64,000 bases of DNA from Octopus sinensis (taxonomy: Eukaryota): assembly GCF_006345805.1 (NCBI RefSeq), contig NC_043011.1, positions 20,410,464-20,474,463 of the forward strand, given 5' to 3'. The notes below the pieces were generated by a model that was given only the letters and a program-made list of their open reading frames with translations, did no database searches and was not told the DNA's origin. The stretch's first letter is position 1. Every line of letters starts with the position of its first letter. Of the stretch, positions 25,936-40,139 are shown piece by piece. A program made the position numbers and the translations under genes.

Positions 25936-26229
25936 TACGCGGAAATTAAGAGATACAGGGAAAACATACTTTTTCTCACAGTCGAGTGACATTTTTTTTT
26001 CTTTTTCTTTTTTTTTTTTTTTGCTTTTTTGCTTTTTTTGTTACTCAAGGCTTACTAAACTATCACATATTTGTTTCTCCATGAGCTAGTGACGACTATT
26101 CCGAAGTTATGTCGACCAACTATTACATTATTCTCGCGATCGTAGTAGTTTTGAAAACAGTGTAAAAAAAAAAAAAGAAAATTAGCTGTCAATAATGGGA
26201 AAATACCAGAAAATGTCTTTTTTTTTTTT

Positions 26230-26443
26230 GTTTACTTGTTTCAGTCATTTGACTGCGGCCAAGCTGGAAGCACCGCCTTTAGTCGAGCAAATCGACCCCA
26301 GGACTTATTCTTTGTAAGCCTAGTACTTATTCTATCGGTCTCTTTTGCCGAACCGCTAAGTTACGGGGACATGAACACACCAGCATCGGTTGTCAAGCAA
26401 TGCTAAGGGGACAAACACAGACACAGAAACAAACACACACATG

Positions 26444-26476
<33 letters not shown>

Positions 26477-26680
26477 TATATATATATATATTATATATAT
26501 ATATGTATACATATACACGACAGGCTTCTTTCAGTTTCCGTCTACCAAATCCACTCACAAGGCTTTGGTCGGCCCGAGGTTATAGTAGAAGACACTTGCC
26601 CAAGCTGCCACGCAGTGGGACTGAACCCGGAACCATGTGGTTGGTAAGCAAGCTACTTACCACACAGCAACTCCTGCGCC
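26230..26680 (-). mobile_element. SINE family A
   Basis: Full head-to-tail match. Confidence 0.85.
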
Positions 26681-26859
26681 TTTTATACGCGATAAAAAGT
26701 TTAAAATTATAGCAAGGACGAATGAGTCTCACAAATAAGTACAAAATCCTGGCAAAAGGAAAAAAGAAAAAAAAGAAAGATTAAAATGAATAAACGAATA
26801 ATTAAATAAATAAGAGTGAGTGGCAGTGAATAGAAGGGAAGCCAAGAAAGTGAGGTCGA

Positions 26860-27120
26860 GTGAGAGAGAATACTAGAGCAGATCGTGCGTGAGTGTTTGA
26901 ATGGGTATGTTTGTATTCATATACAGGAGGCCTCGGGGTATATATTTTTGCTGGCTGCGCGTAGTAGTGTGACGTCATGCCCGTGAGCGTTCTTGGCTGT
27001 TTCAACGCTTTAGCCTCGCCCTCGTCCGTGGTAATGCTGCGAGCGTGTTGGCTTGCTTCAGTAAGACTCTGTTGAACCTTGTGGTATGCGACCAATTGAA
27101 GCGCTTAGTGTCGGGGTTTT
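26860..27120 (+). promoter_or_regulatory. CpG-richer candidate promoter or non-coding first exon
   Basis: Non-repetitive and locally CpG-rich. Perfect CRE TGACGTCA at 26970-26977 and donor-like CA|GTAAGA at 27061, about 500 bp upstream of the start codon. Confidence 0.35.
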
Positions 27121-27235
27121 TTTGTTGTTTTTTTTTCCTTTTTCTTCCGTTTTTCCTCTTTTTTTTTTTCCTTTCTTCAACTCATGTTAGTGTTTTCTTC
27201 AGTTTCGGACTTGTATTTTTTTATGTGATTTCGTA

Positions 27236-27275
<40 letters not shown>

Positions 27276-27519
27276 TATATATATATCATATACGTACGTG
27301 CTTTGTATGTAATAAATAAAATGGGTTTTGCCACACCACCAAAGGAAGAAAAAAAAAACAGAAGAGAATTCCTGTAGAAACCAAAGTTCCAAATTCCATG
27401 ACGTATACACACACACACACACTCACACACACACACACACTCACGCACGCGCGCGCGCACACGCATACAATTACGCATACTTCAAAGTCAAGTTTAAAAG
27501 GATTGGACGACTTCCTAGC

Positions 27520-27526
27520 TATAAAA
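27520..27526 (+). promoter_or_regulatory. Candidate TATA box
   Basis: TATAAAA 43 bp upstream of the ATG at 27563. Confidence 0.4.
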
Positions 27527-27562
27527 GAAACTGCGCTCATTGGCTTTCCTTCACAGTTAACA

Positions 27563-27655
27563 ATGCAGCCGGCTTTATCACTAGTTCTGTTCCTGGTTCT
27601 TTCGCAAGCAGACCACACACTATCTTTCTCTCAAACTTTACACATGGTTAACGTG
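27563..27655 (+). CDS. Histidine acid phosphatase (ACP2/ACP3-like), coding exon 1, signal peptide
   Basis: MQPALSLVLFLVLSQADHTLSFSQTLHMVNV followed by donor GTGAGT. It has a hydrophobic leader, and TLHMVNV parallels the SLRFVTL/ELKFVTL strand preceding RHG in vertebrate acid phosphatases. Confidence 0.85.
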
Positions 27656-27924
27656 GTGAGTATTTTTTGTGTTTTTTTTTTCGATTATAGATTGTCGTAT
27701 CTTATACATATTTTAGTCACTCGAGTGCAGCCATGCTTGGGCATCGAGTCTTAGAACTTCAGTCGAGCAAATGAAACTCAGTACTTACGTATTTTTTTTT
27801 TTTTAAAAAAGACTGGTTTCTGATTCTATCAATCTCCTCAGGCTGAACCGCTATGCTACAAACACCAACAAGCGGTGGATAGGTGGGTGGGTGACAAACA
27901 CAAAAAGAGTCATAAATATATATA

Positions 27925-28137
27925 TCTGTTTCTTAATTACCCACAAGGGGTTAAACATAGAGGGGACAGACAAGGACAGACAGACAGACGGATTAAGTCG
28001 ATTACATCGACCCCAGTACGTAACTGGTACTTGATTTATCGACCCCGAAAGAATGAAAGGCAAAGTCGACCTCGGCGGAATTTGAACTTGGAACGTAACG
28101 GCAGACGAAATACGGCTACGCATTTCGCCCGGCGTGC
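27925..28137 (-). mobile_element. SINE family B
   Basis: Central domain and head match family B. Confidence 0.8.
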
Positions 28138-28140
28138 TCA

Positions 28141-28477
28141 CATACATACATACATACACACACACACATACATACATGCATACATACATACGTACATACA
28201 TACATACACGCATACATACATCATACATACATACATACATACATACATACACGCATACATACATCATACATACATACATACATACATACATACATACATA
28301 CATACATACGTACGTACATACATACATACGTACGTACGTACATACACACATACATTCATACATACATACGTACGTACATACATACACACATACATACACA
28401 TATACATACATACATACATACATACATACATACATACATACATACATACATACATACATACATACATACATACATAC
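28141..28477. repeat. (TACA)n microsatellite
   Basis: Directly visible. Confidence 0.95.
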
Positions 28478-28619
28478 GACAGTTGAAGAATTATATGCCT
28501 TCGGCTTTAGTGTCTGACGAGTCCATGAGGCTGAGCACTTTATGGATGCAAGACCATTGGTCACTCTATGACCGGACATATACTTAGTTGCATATATATA
28601 TATATATAAAGTTAGGTAA

Positions 28620-29255
28620 GGCCGTTTATGGGATTACCCTGGGTTTCCCGTCTATAAAGCGTTTAGCTTTACGGCGTATCATCAGATCCCAAACAGGTTG
28701 GCTTATAGCCTCTCTGGAAAATGGAAGAAGAAAGGACCCCACTCCTCGACAACAGGGGACTGTCTCCCTTTGGATATTGATCCTAAGAGACCCTGTTATC
28801 TTGTGAGTTCCAACAGGCCAGCAGGAATTTCCTGAAATGCAAGCAAGAGATTTTTCATGCAGCAGCCCCCTACAATAATGAGCTGCTAGCGGATTTGGGG
28901 ACCGCATCTCCGACGTGCCGTGTCCCAACATCCGTAGAAGGAAACGTCGCAGAAATATCATATGGTTTTCCCCCGCCCCCTTCTCTCTTAACGTAAAAAC
29001 GTCTATAGGTAGAATATTCCTTCAGTTGATAGATTAGAGTTTCACACGTTCACACAGGTATGGACGCATTTTCAACAGGCACAACCTTAGGGTCTCTTTC
29101 AGTTATGTCCCCAATATTAAGAGCATTCTAGTTAGCACCTCTACACCACGAGCGGAGACAGGATGCTCATGCAAGGACCACAACAGATGCCCGGTGAGAG
29201 GCCACTGCGAAACCAAGGGAGTTGTCTATGAAGCTGAGGTACTGGCCGAGCCTTA
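28620..29255 (+). mobile_element. Penelope-like element fragment (RT C-terminus to start of GIY-YIG)
   Basis: Degenerate [32 protein letters not shown] and CSC...CPVRGHCETKGVVYEAEV, typical of the PLE linker and zinc-binding region. Confidence 0.7.
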
Positions 29256-30019
29256 TAGCAGCAGCAACACCGGCAGCACCATCGCCAGCGATAACAATAA
29301 CAACATCAAGGACAGCCGTGGCAGTGTCCCTAACGGCAGCAGCAGCATCAGCCGTTCAAGAATTTGGACCTGGAGATCTCCATTTCCAGCGACCTCGAGG
29401 GTCACCTCCCAGTGGTGTCGGGCGTCAAAGAAGAGCCCTCGACTACAACAAGACGACCAAAGTTTTTTTTTTTCCGAGGTCTGGGGTCTCCCGCCCCTAA
29501 GCCCTAGACCATCACCTAATCACCCTTACCCGTCTTGTTGCTTAACAACAACAACAACAACAGCTGCAGCAGCAGCTTCCCTCATGGTTACTATAGTAGC
29601 AGGGTCGACAGTACCAATAACAGCTGCAGCAGAGACATGAACAGAACCAGCGGCAGCACCTTCGCCAGCGATAACAGCAATAGCAACATCAACGACAGCA
29701 ATTGTAGTATGCCAAACGGAAATAGCAGCAGAGTCATCGCCAATGATATCTATAACAGCGGTGACAGCACTTCCATCAACAATGACAACAACAGCACCGT
29801 TACCAGCATCGGTAGTAACGGCACCAGTACCATCGCTCCCTCCAATGACGCCAACACCCACAACGCCAGCACCAACAACAGCGGTAGCAGCACCGCCAAC
29901 ACTCGAGTACGGAGATACATCGGTTGCTCTGGTAACAGATCAGTTTTTGCGCGACTGACGGATTTCCATCCTGCGCTCGAAAAGCGAAGGGAATACTTAT
30001 AAAGTCTGGTTGGAACTGG

Positions 30020-33000
30020 AACATTTCATATTGGAATGTACACACTTTGTTGGCTAACAAGTGTGACTGTAGGCCTGAAAGACGCACTGCACTTGTTGCT
30101 CATGAGCTGAACCGTTATAACTCTGATATAGCTGCACTTTTAGAGACCCGTGTAGAAGGTGATGGTCAGCTTGAGACAGTAGGAGGTGGCTGCACCTTTT
30201 TTGGAAGGGGAAACCGAAGGAGCGCAGAGAAGCTGGTGTTGGCTTTGCAGTTCGAACTGAAATCCTTGAGAAGCTGGAGGAGTTTCCTGTTCCTATAAAT
30301 GATCGTCTAATGACTCTACGTTTGTACCTGAGAGGTGAACTGTTTGCTACTACTTTGATAAGTGCTTATGCACCTATTTTGACCAGTTGTGAGGAAGATA
30401 AAGCTATTTTCTTTACCCAACTGAGAGCCATACTTAGGAAAATCTTCAATTCTGATAAAGTCATTCTACTGGAAGATTTCAATGCCAAGGTTGGAACAGA
30501 TTGGCAGACGTGGAACTCTCTTGGACGTTTTTGTATAGGAAAGATGAATAGCTATGGTCTCATGCTTCTGAAGCTTTGCGAGGAATATGGACTTTACATC
30601 ACAAGCACTCATTTTAAGCACAGAGGTGATCACACAGTGACGCACCCAAGGTCTAAAGTTTGGCACTTGCTGGATTATGTCATCATTCGCAAGCGTGACA
30701 TCTATGATATTTGTAATGTCAAATCCTTTCATGGTGCAGAATGCTGGATGGACCACAGCCTGTGAGAAGAGTTCCGGATGATGATCAAAATAAAAGAAAG
30801 AAGAGGGCCAGTTGGCAATCCTTGGCATCTGAATATCCATAATGATGCTGTGGTCAGGAAAGAGCTTCAGAATCGTTTATCCAGCATTGAAAACAGGTTT
30901 TTCAATGTGCTGTTGAAACACTGGGATATGCTACTGCCAGACACAGAGACTGCTATGATGAAAATGATGCTGAAGTTCAGCGACTGCTGGTCATAAAGCG
31001 CCATGCCCACAGTGTATTACTGCACAGAGGACTATCAGTTGGGCAGCGAAATCTTGCACTTACCCACTACAGCAGTGTAAAATCACTACTGCAGCAATCT
31101 CTCAAGAAGATGCAGAACACCTGGTAGGAGGATCTTGCTCGTGATCTTCAGGCTGCTGCTGATGCAAATGACAGCAAGAAGCTTTACCATCTTATGAAGC
31201 AAGTTTATAGGCCTGAGAGCTCTGCATCAGGTCCTTTGCTTTCCAAGGAGTCTTCTACTCTGTTTACTAAATCAACAGAGATCATGGGTCACTGGATTGA
31301 ACAGCTTTCTGAACTTCTAAACCATAAGTCAGTTGTGGACAAAGCAGTGATTGACACTATGCAACAAAGACCTGCCATTAGCCCCTTAAATTCTACGCCC
31401 TCAATAGATGAAGTAATGACAGAATAAGTATATTGAATCTTGGTAAGGCACCTAGTAAGGATGGTATTTGTGCTGAGGTCCTGCCATTTAGTACCTTAAT
31501 GAACTTAGTGTAATCTGGTGGGATAGTGCAAGGTTTAAGGACTGGAAGGATGCAATTATTCTTTTTCTCTATAAAGGAAAGGGAGCCAGAGTAGAGTGTG
31601 GCAACTACAGAGATATTGCTCTATTATCAGCTGCTGGCAAGGTTCTGGCAAGTATTCTTCTTACCCACCTGAATAGGTATCTTGTATATGATGTCCTATC
31701 TGAATCTCAAAGTGGTTTCCGATCTGGAAGAGGAACAATGGATATGATTTTCACAGCAAGACAGATGCAGAAGTGCTATAAGCAGAATCTGGATTTTGTC
31801 CAGGTATTCATCAATTTAACCAAAACCTTTGATACTGTGAATAGGGCTTTGCTATAGAAAATACCGAGCAAACTTGGATGTCCAAATCACTTTGTATCAA
31901 TAATCAAATCATTCCATGATGAGATGGAGGTTTGGGTGAATGTTGGTGGTGGCATGGCGGGTTCTAGTCCTGTAGAGAATGGTATCAAGCAGTATTTTGC
32001 TGCTACTCTTACTCATGCTTTTGCTGTGGATAGTTCTCCTGGGATATATGTTAGGTATTGATCTTCTCGTTGTCTTTTTAATCTGTGTCGATTTGCTGCC
32101 AATTTAAAAGTTTGCCAGTCTCTTATTCGTGATCTCCTTTATGCAGATGACTGTAACTTATTCATACAGCGAATGATATGCAAATATTTGTGAATCCTAT
32201 TTCTGCTTCTTGCAAGGCATTTGGACTCAGCATTAGCCTGGAGGAGACTGTTGTAATGTTCCAGCCTGCACCAGGAAACCCATATGTGGAACCAAGCTAT
32301 CTTGGTTGAAGGAGCAATACTGAAAGTGGTAGACAAGTTTGTCTACCTCAGCTGTTCTTGCTCCCAGGATGATAAAATATCTTTCAGGCTGCAGAGAGCA
32401 ACTGATTCCTTCAGGTCTCTTGAGTCTCGTGTCCAATCCCAACATGGCATCACAAGGCAAACAAAAGTTGCTGTGTACTAACATCACTCCTTTACTAATG
32501 TGAGACATGGACCCTTTACAAGCATCATGTAAAGGTCCTTGAATGCACCCATCAGAGATGTCTGAGACACATTCTGAATATTGGTTGAACCTTAAAAACT
32601 CCAGATACACAGGTCCTGAGGAAAGCTGATATCCTGAGTATTAAGGTGATGGTGCACAAAACATCAGTTATGTTGGACTGGACACCTTGCTAGAATGAAT
32701 GATAGCAAGATCCCTAATCAGATGTTATATGGGGAACTTGTTAGTGGAAAGTGACCCCGGCAGAAGCCAAGACTGCAATTTAAAGATTGTATAGATCATC
32801 ATTAAAGGCTTGTGAAGTGTGGGAAGCTGACTGGGAGAGCAATGTTTCTCATTGCCACGGCTGGAGGAAACAGTTAAAGGAAGGAGTTGAGACCTTTGAA
32901 AGAGCACATATTCTTCATGAAGAGTTTAAGCATGCTGCTTGAAAATGCACTGCTTGTGTAATGAATGGGGAAAGCTTGGTCTGCAATGTTTGCAGTCATG

Positions 33001-33125
33001 TATGTTTTTCAAGAGCAGGGCTCATTAGCCACCAATGGAGCTGCAAGTGTAAAGTATAAGGTAGTCTTGAGTGAACAATGTTCCTAAGGGTCAGTAATGG
33101 TTTTTCCTCGGTCATGAGTGGATGA
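30020..33125 (+). mobile_element. Degenerate RTE (BovB/RTE-1-like) LINE, APE plus RT
   Basis: RPERRTALVAHELNRYNSDIAALLETR and ISAYAP...DFNAKVG...LLDYVIIR (APE); YRDIALLSAAGK; LLYADD near 32140. Many stops. Lies in intron 1. Confidence 0.9.
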
Positions 33126-33523
33126 TGTATTTGTGTGTGTATGTATGTATGTGTGTATGTATGTGTGTATGTATGTATGTGTGTATGTGGTCCCTTCTGT
33201 TTTCCATCAGATGTTTTTGCATACATATTCAACAACTTTACCTTGTGTGTGTGTGTGCGTGTGCATACGTATGTGTGTGTGCATACGTGTGTATGTGTGT
33301 GTATAAATGTACATATATATGTGCTCACACACATACACACACACACAAACACACGGGCTTTTTTATTAAAAGCTACAAAAACTGCTACTTTTGAAGCTTA
33401 ATAAAAAAAAAAGCATATTACTCTATCTTCAGTATTCAAGTCATGTGTTTTCAACCTTGTTGTGCACTTATGTACTTATTGTGTATGTATGTATGTATGT
33501 ATGTATGTATGTATGCATGTATG

Positions 33524-33644
<121 letters not shown>

Positions 33645-33975
33645 ACTTATAAACAAGAGCAAAAGAAAAATTATTTCTATGCCAATATGCTAGATAACAG
33701 ACTTTAAATTGTCAATGTCCATATTTCATTGTAGATTCACTATAAATACATGTTGTGTATTTATAATGAATGTATAACATGTATTTATAGTGAATGTATA
33801 ATGAAATGTGGACATCGACGATTTAAAGTCTGTTATCAGCATATTGGCATAGAAATAATTTTCTTTTGCCCTTGTTTATAAGTTGTTTATAAAATTTTAA
33901 CCTTTAAAGGTATTTTAATATGCTGCTACTTTTGATGAAATATTTTTTTGAAAAAAATTTTTTCCTATACTAGTA

Positions 33976-34031
<56 letters not shown>

Positions 34032-34055
34032 ATGTATATGTATATGTATATGGGT

Positions 34056-34355
34056 GGAGGCGCAATGGCCCAGTGGTTAGGGCAGCGGACGCACGGTCGT
34101 AGGATCGCGGTTTCGATTCCCAGGCCGGGCATTGTGAGTGTTTATTGAGCGAAAACACCTAAAGCTCCACAAGGCTCCGGCAGGGAGTGGTGGCGATCCC
34201 TGCTGTACTCTTTTGCCACAACTTTCCCCTCCCTCTTTCTTCTGCTCGCTTAGCTTGTGGGGTGGCGTCATTTGTAGGCTAAAACAATGCGAAGCACATT
34301 GTGACCAGCGATGTGTAGCAACATCTGATAGCCTGGTCGGTCACGGTGATCATGG
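34056..34355 (+). mobile_element. SINE family C
   Basis: Same tRNA-like head as the 4005-4380 copy. Confidence 0.8.
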
Positions 34356-34454
34356 TGATATATATATGTATATATGTATATGTATATATGTATATTTATA
34401 TCATCATCATCATCATCGTTTAACGTCCGTTTTCCATGCTAGCACGGGTAGGTA

Positions 34455-34668
34455 CAAGGGAATGCTGAAAAGTTCCTAACTTTGGGTAAAAAAATACACA
34501 AGGATCAGTTAATTATGATTTTATTCAACATATTCCCTTCTCAGATTCACACATTTATTGCAGCGGTTCTTCAGTTTTTCAAAACCCCGTAAAAGAACTC
34601 AGAGGGTTGGACCTCCAGCCAGGTCTTTCACAATACCCTTAAAGCCAGGAACTTCTCAGCACCTCTTC
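34455..34668. mobile_element. mariner-type MITE
   Basis: Imperfect TIRs containing CTGAAAAGTTCCT/AGGAACTTCTCAG with TA flanks. Related to 59862-60045 and a partial copy at about 54690-54785. Confidence 0.65.
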
Positions 34669-35429
34669 ATATATTCAATAGAGCATCATAGCTCCATTTC
34701 AGCCAATTTTGCCTTTCAGTTTCACATCCAAACATTTGGGGAAAACCTACTTGAGTGTCTCGAATTGGGTTTTTCCCTAAACTCTTGATTGGTAAAATCT
34801 GCTGATATGGAACTATAAATACTGTGTGGTATATACATTAAGGTATCTATTCTATTAATAGATGTACAAATGCCAGTTCTGTTCTGACTCATGGATTTTT
34901 ACACATCTGTGTGCACATGTGTATGTGTTTGTGCATGTGTGTGTATAAGAAAAGGAGCTAAGAGACATAACTCAAAGTAGTCATTGGCATGTATTTGAAC
35001 AGCAAAAATAGATTTGGGTATATTGATTAATACACAGGATTTATATGAATGAATAAGTTAGTAAGTATGCCTGTCATCCACCCTCATACTACAACCACCA
35101 GAGTTCTTCCCGTCCGGTCCTTCATTTCTTGTCATCATCTCATTTCTGCATCTGCTTCTCATACACCGAGCCCACAAAAAAATTACAGGCACGGAGATTT
35201 TAGGCCCTGATAACACAGCTAAAATATTCCAGTTTTCAATCTGACTACTATCACCGACTTTTGTTCCACTCCCATCTTATATGTTATTATTGTTTAGTTG
35301 CAGATTATATCAGCATAAGTTAATCAAGCAATGCTCTTAGTGTATAAATTATGTTTAAATGAACTTGTCTATTTGAAAACTAAATGTTTGTGAGAGTTTT
35401 AATTTAATTTAAATTTTTTAACTTTTAAT

Positions 35430-35670
35430 TTAATTTTTTTGGCTCAAAAAGCAAAAGCAAGGCCATGTAGGGGGACATGGAGTTATGTACAGGAGGGTGT
35501 TCATACAAAGAGTTCAGGCCATTTCTGGTCAAGAGAGACTTTGAACCGAGCGGTCGTCGGCATCTTCACTATCTCGTCCGGCAGCTTATTCCACGGATCT
35601 GCAACCCGGACGGAGAAAACTCCTCTCCTTCGATTGAGTTCTGAATGCTTAAAGCATTTATAGACAAGTT
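35430..35670 (-). mobile_element. CR1/L2-like LINE 3' end
   Basis: Minus-strand reading RRRGVFSVRVADPWNKLPDEIV...FKVSLD is a CR1 ORF2 C-terminus. Confidence 0.75.
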
Positions 35671-35787
35671 TTAGTTTCTAATAAATAATATAATATTAAA
35701 TTCTTGTATTAATTCATTATTTCCTATCAGTTATCCGTACAAACATATATCACACATGTATGTGTGTATATATCTGTATATATCTAC

Positions 35788-35843
<56 letters not shown>

Positions 35844-35924
35844 ATAGATAGATAGACAGATACATTGACAGATAGCTAGCTAGCTAGATAGATAGATACA
35901 TACATACATATATACATACATATA

Positions 35925-38832
35925 CAACTTGACAACTCCCACTTGGAAGCCGAAGTGAGAGTGAAGAATTTCACAACCATCCGCGCGGATCGTATCGGCA
36001 GGAGGAAGGGTGGAACTGCCATTTTCCTGCATGATTCATTTACGGCAGATGGAAATAGTATATTCTCCAACGGCTACTGTGAATCAGTCACCGTGCACAC
36101 AAAACAAAGCCAAGACCTGACAGTAATTGGGCTCTATAGGCCGCCCCAAACACCCATACTGTGCTTTAAAGAATGCCTCAACAGCATTAAGTGCTTTATT
36201 CAACAGTGCCATTCTAGCAACATACTCATGATGGAGACTTCAATCTACCCTGTGTTGACTGGACTACAAACTGTTTGAAACCAAGCACTCCCGCCTCAAC
36301 CGCTGACAAAGAAGCAGCAGAGTCACTTTTCGACTTTACGAATGAGTTTTTCTTGTCCCAACTTGTCCTTGCACCAACAAGACATCAGAACATTTTGGAC
36401 CTAGTGTTTAGTAACCACACTAACACTATACATAACGTTACAGTGGAAAAAACCCTTCTTTCAGACCATGACATGGTTCTCTGTAACATGAAATTCCACC
36501 AGCCGAAAGCTAATCCTAGTGACCTTCCTCCAGCCCACCCATTTGACAACATGGATCTCCATAAAGCCAACTGGGATGCAATCAGGAACGAGCTATCAAA
36601 TGTTGACTGGTCCTTTACACATACACACATCTCACACAACCATAAAACATCTGGCAGATCTTTGTAGACACCGTCACAGACATATGTGCAAAACACTCCC
36701 CCCAAGACCTGTGAACAAAAAGTGCAGAATCCCCCAAAACAGAAAAACCATTATCAGAAAAATAAAAAGAACAAACAAAAAAATTAACAAACTAAAGTAC
36801 TGCCAACAGCAACACACACATTCGACGGCTATCGCACTGCTTGAATCCAAAAAATATAACCTCCAACAATGCATGAAGACCCTCATCAATAACCAAAGAT
36901 CAGCTGAGGAGAAGTGGGCCATTGAAAAAATCAAACTCAACCCCAAAGTGTTCTTTTCATTTGCGAGGAAACGCAGGGTCACTGTCTCCACTGTAGGCCC
37001 TCTAATTGACGAAACTGGCACTCTCCAAGATAATGCCAAATCCATGGCCGAGATACTGCAGAAACAATACTGCTCTGTTTTCAGCAATCCTGATATGGCC
37101 GATCTGGGCTGTATCAGTGATGTCAACCCCCAACACACTATATCGGACATAACGTTTAGTGCCCCTGATGTCTTAGCGGCGATAAACGAAATAAAACACA
37201 ATTCAGCAGTAGGCCCCGATAGGTTCCCTGCTTGTGTCCTGAAGGTGTGTCGACACCAACTTGCATCTCCCCCTGCTAATCTGGGGAGAAACTCACTGGA
37301 TGCTGGCTATATTCCAAAAAACCTTCTGTCCCAGTCTGTTGTCCCAGTTTTCAAAAAGGGAAACAAGTCCCTTGCAGTGAATTACCGTCCGATCTCACTC
37401 ACCTCTCATATCATCAAGGTATTTGAGAGGGTGGTGAGATCTCGAATAACCCAATTTCTGGAAAGCAACAGACGGCTGATCTCCAACAACATGGGTTCCG
37501 TAATGGAAGGGACTGCCTAACGCAGCTCCTGCATCACTTTGAGGACATTTTGAGAGCTTTGGGAGAGGGCTCCAACACCGATGTCATCTACCTTGATTTC
37601 AGTAAGGCCTTCGACAGGGTCGATCACAAGATCCTATTGAAAAAACTATCCAACATTGGTGTCTCTGGAAAGTTACTGAAATGGATTAAGTGTTTCCTGA
37701 CAGACAGATCTCAACATGTTGTAGTTGAAGGGGTAAAATCAAGCCCAGCCAAAGTCAGTAGTGGCGTTCCGCAAGGCACTGTGCTGGGCCCACTTCTTTT
37801 CATCATTTACATTAATGACATTAATGACATCATCAAGCACAGCAACATAAAAATCTTTGCAGATGACTCCAAGCTACAGAAGGTCATAAATGAGGCGAGT
37901 GACCGGACATGCCTTCAGTCAGATCTACTGGCTGTTATCCAATGGGCAGAAAAAAACAATATGCTGCTGAACGAGGATAAATTTGAGCTAATCCACTTTG
38001 GAAAAGAGGATGCCCTGAAACTCCCATACTCCCTTCCTTCAGGTGAAACTCTCGCGGCGTCCAACAACATCAGAGACTTGGGAGTAATTGTGGACAACAA
38101 CGTAAGCTGGGCCACTCATATAAACACCAAAGTTGACATGGCCCGCAGAATGTGTTCCTGGATTCTCAGAACTTTCCAGTCGAGAGATATCCACACCATT
38201 ATCCTTCTCTTCTCCACTTTTGCCCGACCCCACCTTGAATACTGTTGTCCACTGTGGTCCTCCCCACACAATACAAGGTATCATAAAAGTTGAAGCACCT
38301 CAAAGGGCAATCACAAAAAGATAGATGGCATGACAGGCCTCGACTATTGGGGTCGACTAGAAAAGCTAAAACTGTATTCTCTCCAACGTCGTCGTGAGCG
38401 CTACATCATCTGCATGATGTGGAAAATATTCCATCAGCATTGCCCAAATGATGTTGGCATCACCTTTAAGGTACATCCAAGGCTTGGGCCCCGTGCCATC
38501 CGCCCAAAACAAAAATCGCACTCTCATCTCATAACAACAATACGGCACAATTATTTCACCTCAATTGGCCCCGCTCTCTTTAACATTACACCAAAACACA
38601 TTAAAACAGAAACTGACCCTATAGGGTTCAAGAAGTCTTTGGACAGATTCCTTCAAGAAATCCCGGATAAACCCCCTACACCCGGATATGTCTCTGTAAA
38701 CAATAACTCTCTACTTGAGTGGGCCATAGTGCCCAAATTCTGACTTGAAAGACTTCACCAGGTGGTGCTATTAAGTTAGACATGGCCTGGGCCAATAATG
38801 GCCGAAACCTATCAAAGTATCAAAGTATCAAA
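35925..38832 (+). mobile_element. 5'-truncated CR1-clade LINE ORF2 (APE plus RT), little decayed
   Basis: VIGLYRPP, ILDLVFSN, LSDHDMV (APE); YRPISLTS, YLDFSKAFD, GVPQGTVLGP, IFADD (RT). The 3' tail is (AAGTATC)n. Split into five ORFs by small indels. Confidence 0.95.
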
Positions 38833-38930
38833 GTATACATACATACATTTGTATGTCTGTATGTAGAAGTGTATATATCTATCTATATATATGTATGTAT
38901 ATTGTGTGTATGTGTGTTTGTGTGTGTGTG

Positions 38931-38998
<68 letters not shown>

Positions 38999-39396
38999 GT
39001 ATGCAAAACAAGATTAGCATTCAATTTCAGCCAATTTTATTAATCAGTTTCGCACTCTAGAATTTAGGGAAAACCCAGTCCTGACACTTGTCAAGTAGGA
39101 AGTGTTTGGCCAGTAATTCTAACAAGTGGAAGTGCTCAATTTCCCAAAATTCTCGTAGACAAAAGCAATTGTTAATATTGGCCTAAATGGAACTATAATG
39201 CTGTATTGTATGAATATTAACAATGCCATTCTATTGACAAAAAAACGAGTCCCTGTTTTCCTGACTTAAGGATTCTTGGACAACTATATGCACATATATA
39301 TATACATATATATACATACATACATACATATATATATACACACACATGCACACATATGTGTGCGTGTGTGTGGGGGGGGATTGTATGTATATGTAC

Positions 39397-39469
<73 letters not shown>

Positions 39470-39621
39470 TAGATATATATAGGGAAAATAGAGGTATTTT
39501 ATTCTGTGTGGAATAAAATAACTTTGTTTTACACACACACACACACATATATATACATACATATATATACATATACATGTATATACTTTATATATATATA
39601 TACATATGTATATATATATAT

Positions 39622-39688
<67 letters not shown>

Positions 39689-40139
39689 AAGTGGTTGTAT
39701 ACTGTCAACTTAACGTGACAGTCCCATAAAGGGAATTACACCATCGCTATTTAGCCTAGGAAGCATCGACGCTTCCTGTCGGCCTTGACACATTTCCTGT
39801 GTCCTTATATATTTACGAAGGGGAGACAAACACCCCCAACAGCTAGGACTAGCGATGGTGTAATTTCCTTTACGGGACTGTCACGTTAATAATATATATA
39901 TATGTGATATATAAATATATAATAGGTATAGATATAGATATATAGGTATGTATACAAACATATATATATATGTATATGTACTCATATACATGCACATACA
40001 TAGGTATGTATACACACACACCCATACATACACACACACACATATACGTATGTATATGCACACATGTACATACATATGCACACACATATTTATACACATA
40101 CATATTATTATTAAGTGACTGATAGGTCAATATAAAATT

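Noticed and set aside
26802-27095. 97-aa minus-strand ORF as a divergent gene
   Set aside because: No recognisable motif or supporting splice structure. It overlaps the putative promoter.
27851-28579. Long ORFs rich in HT, YI, CV or MYV (also 16127-16546, 33391-33707, 59063-59724 and others)
   Set aside because: They are translations of (CA)n, (TA)n and (TACA)n microsatellites.
29194-30087. Asn/Ser/Thr-rich ORFs as a host protein
   Set aside because: They derive from degenerate (AAC)/(CAG) repeats between a Penelope fragment and an RTE, and include an RTE piece also seen at 55710-55830.
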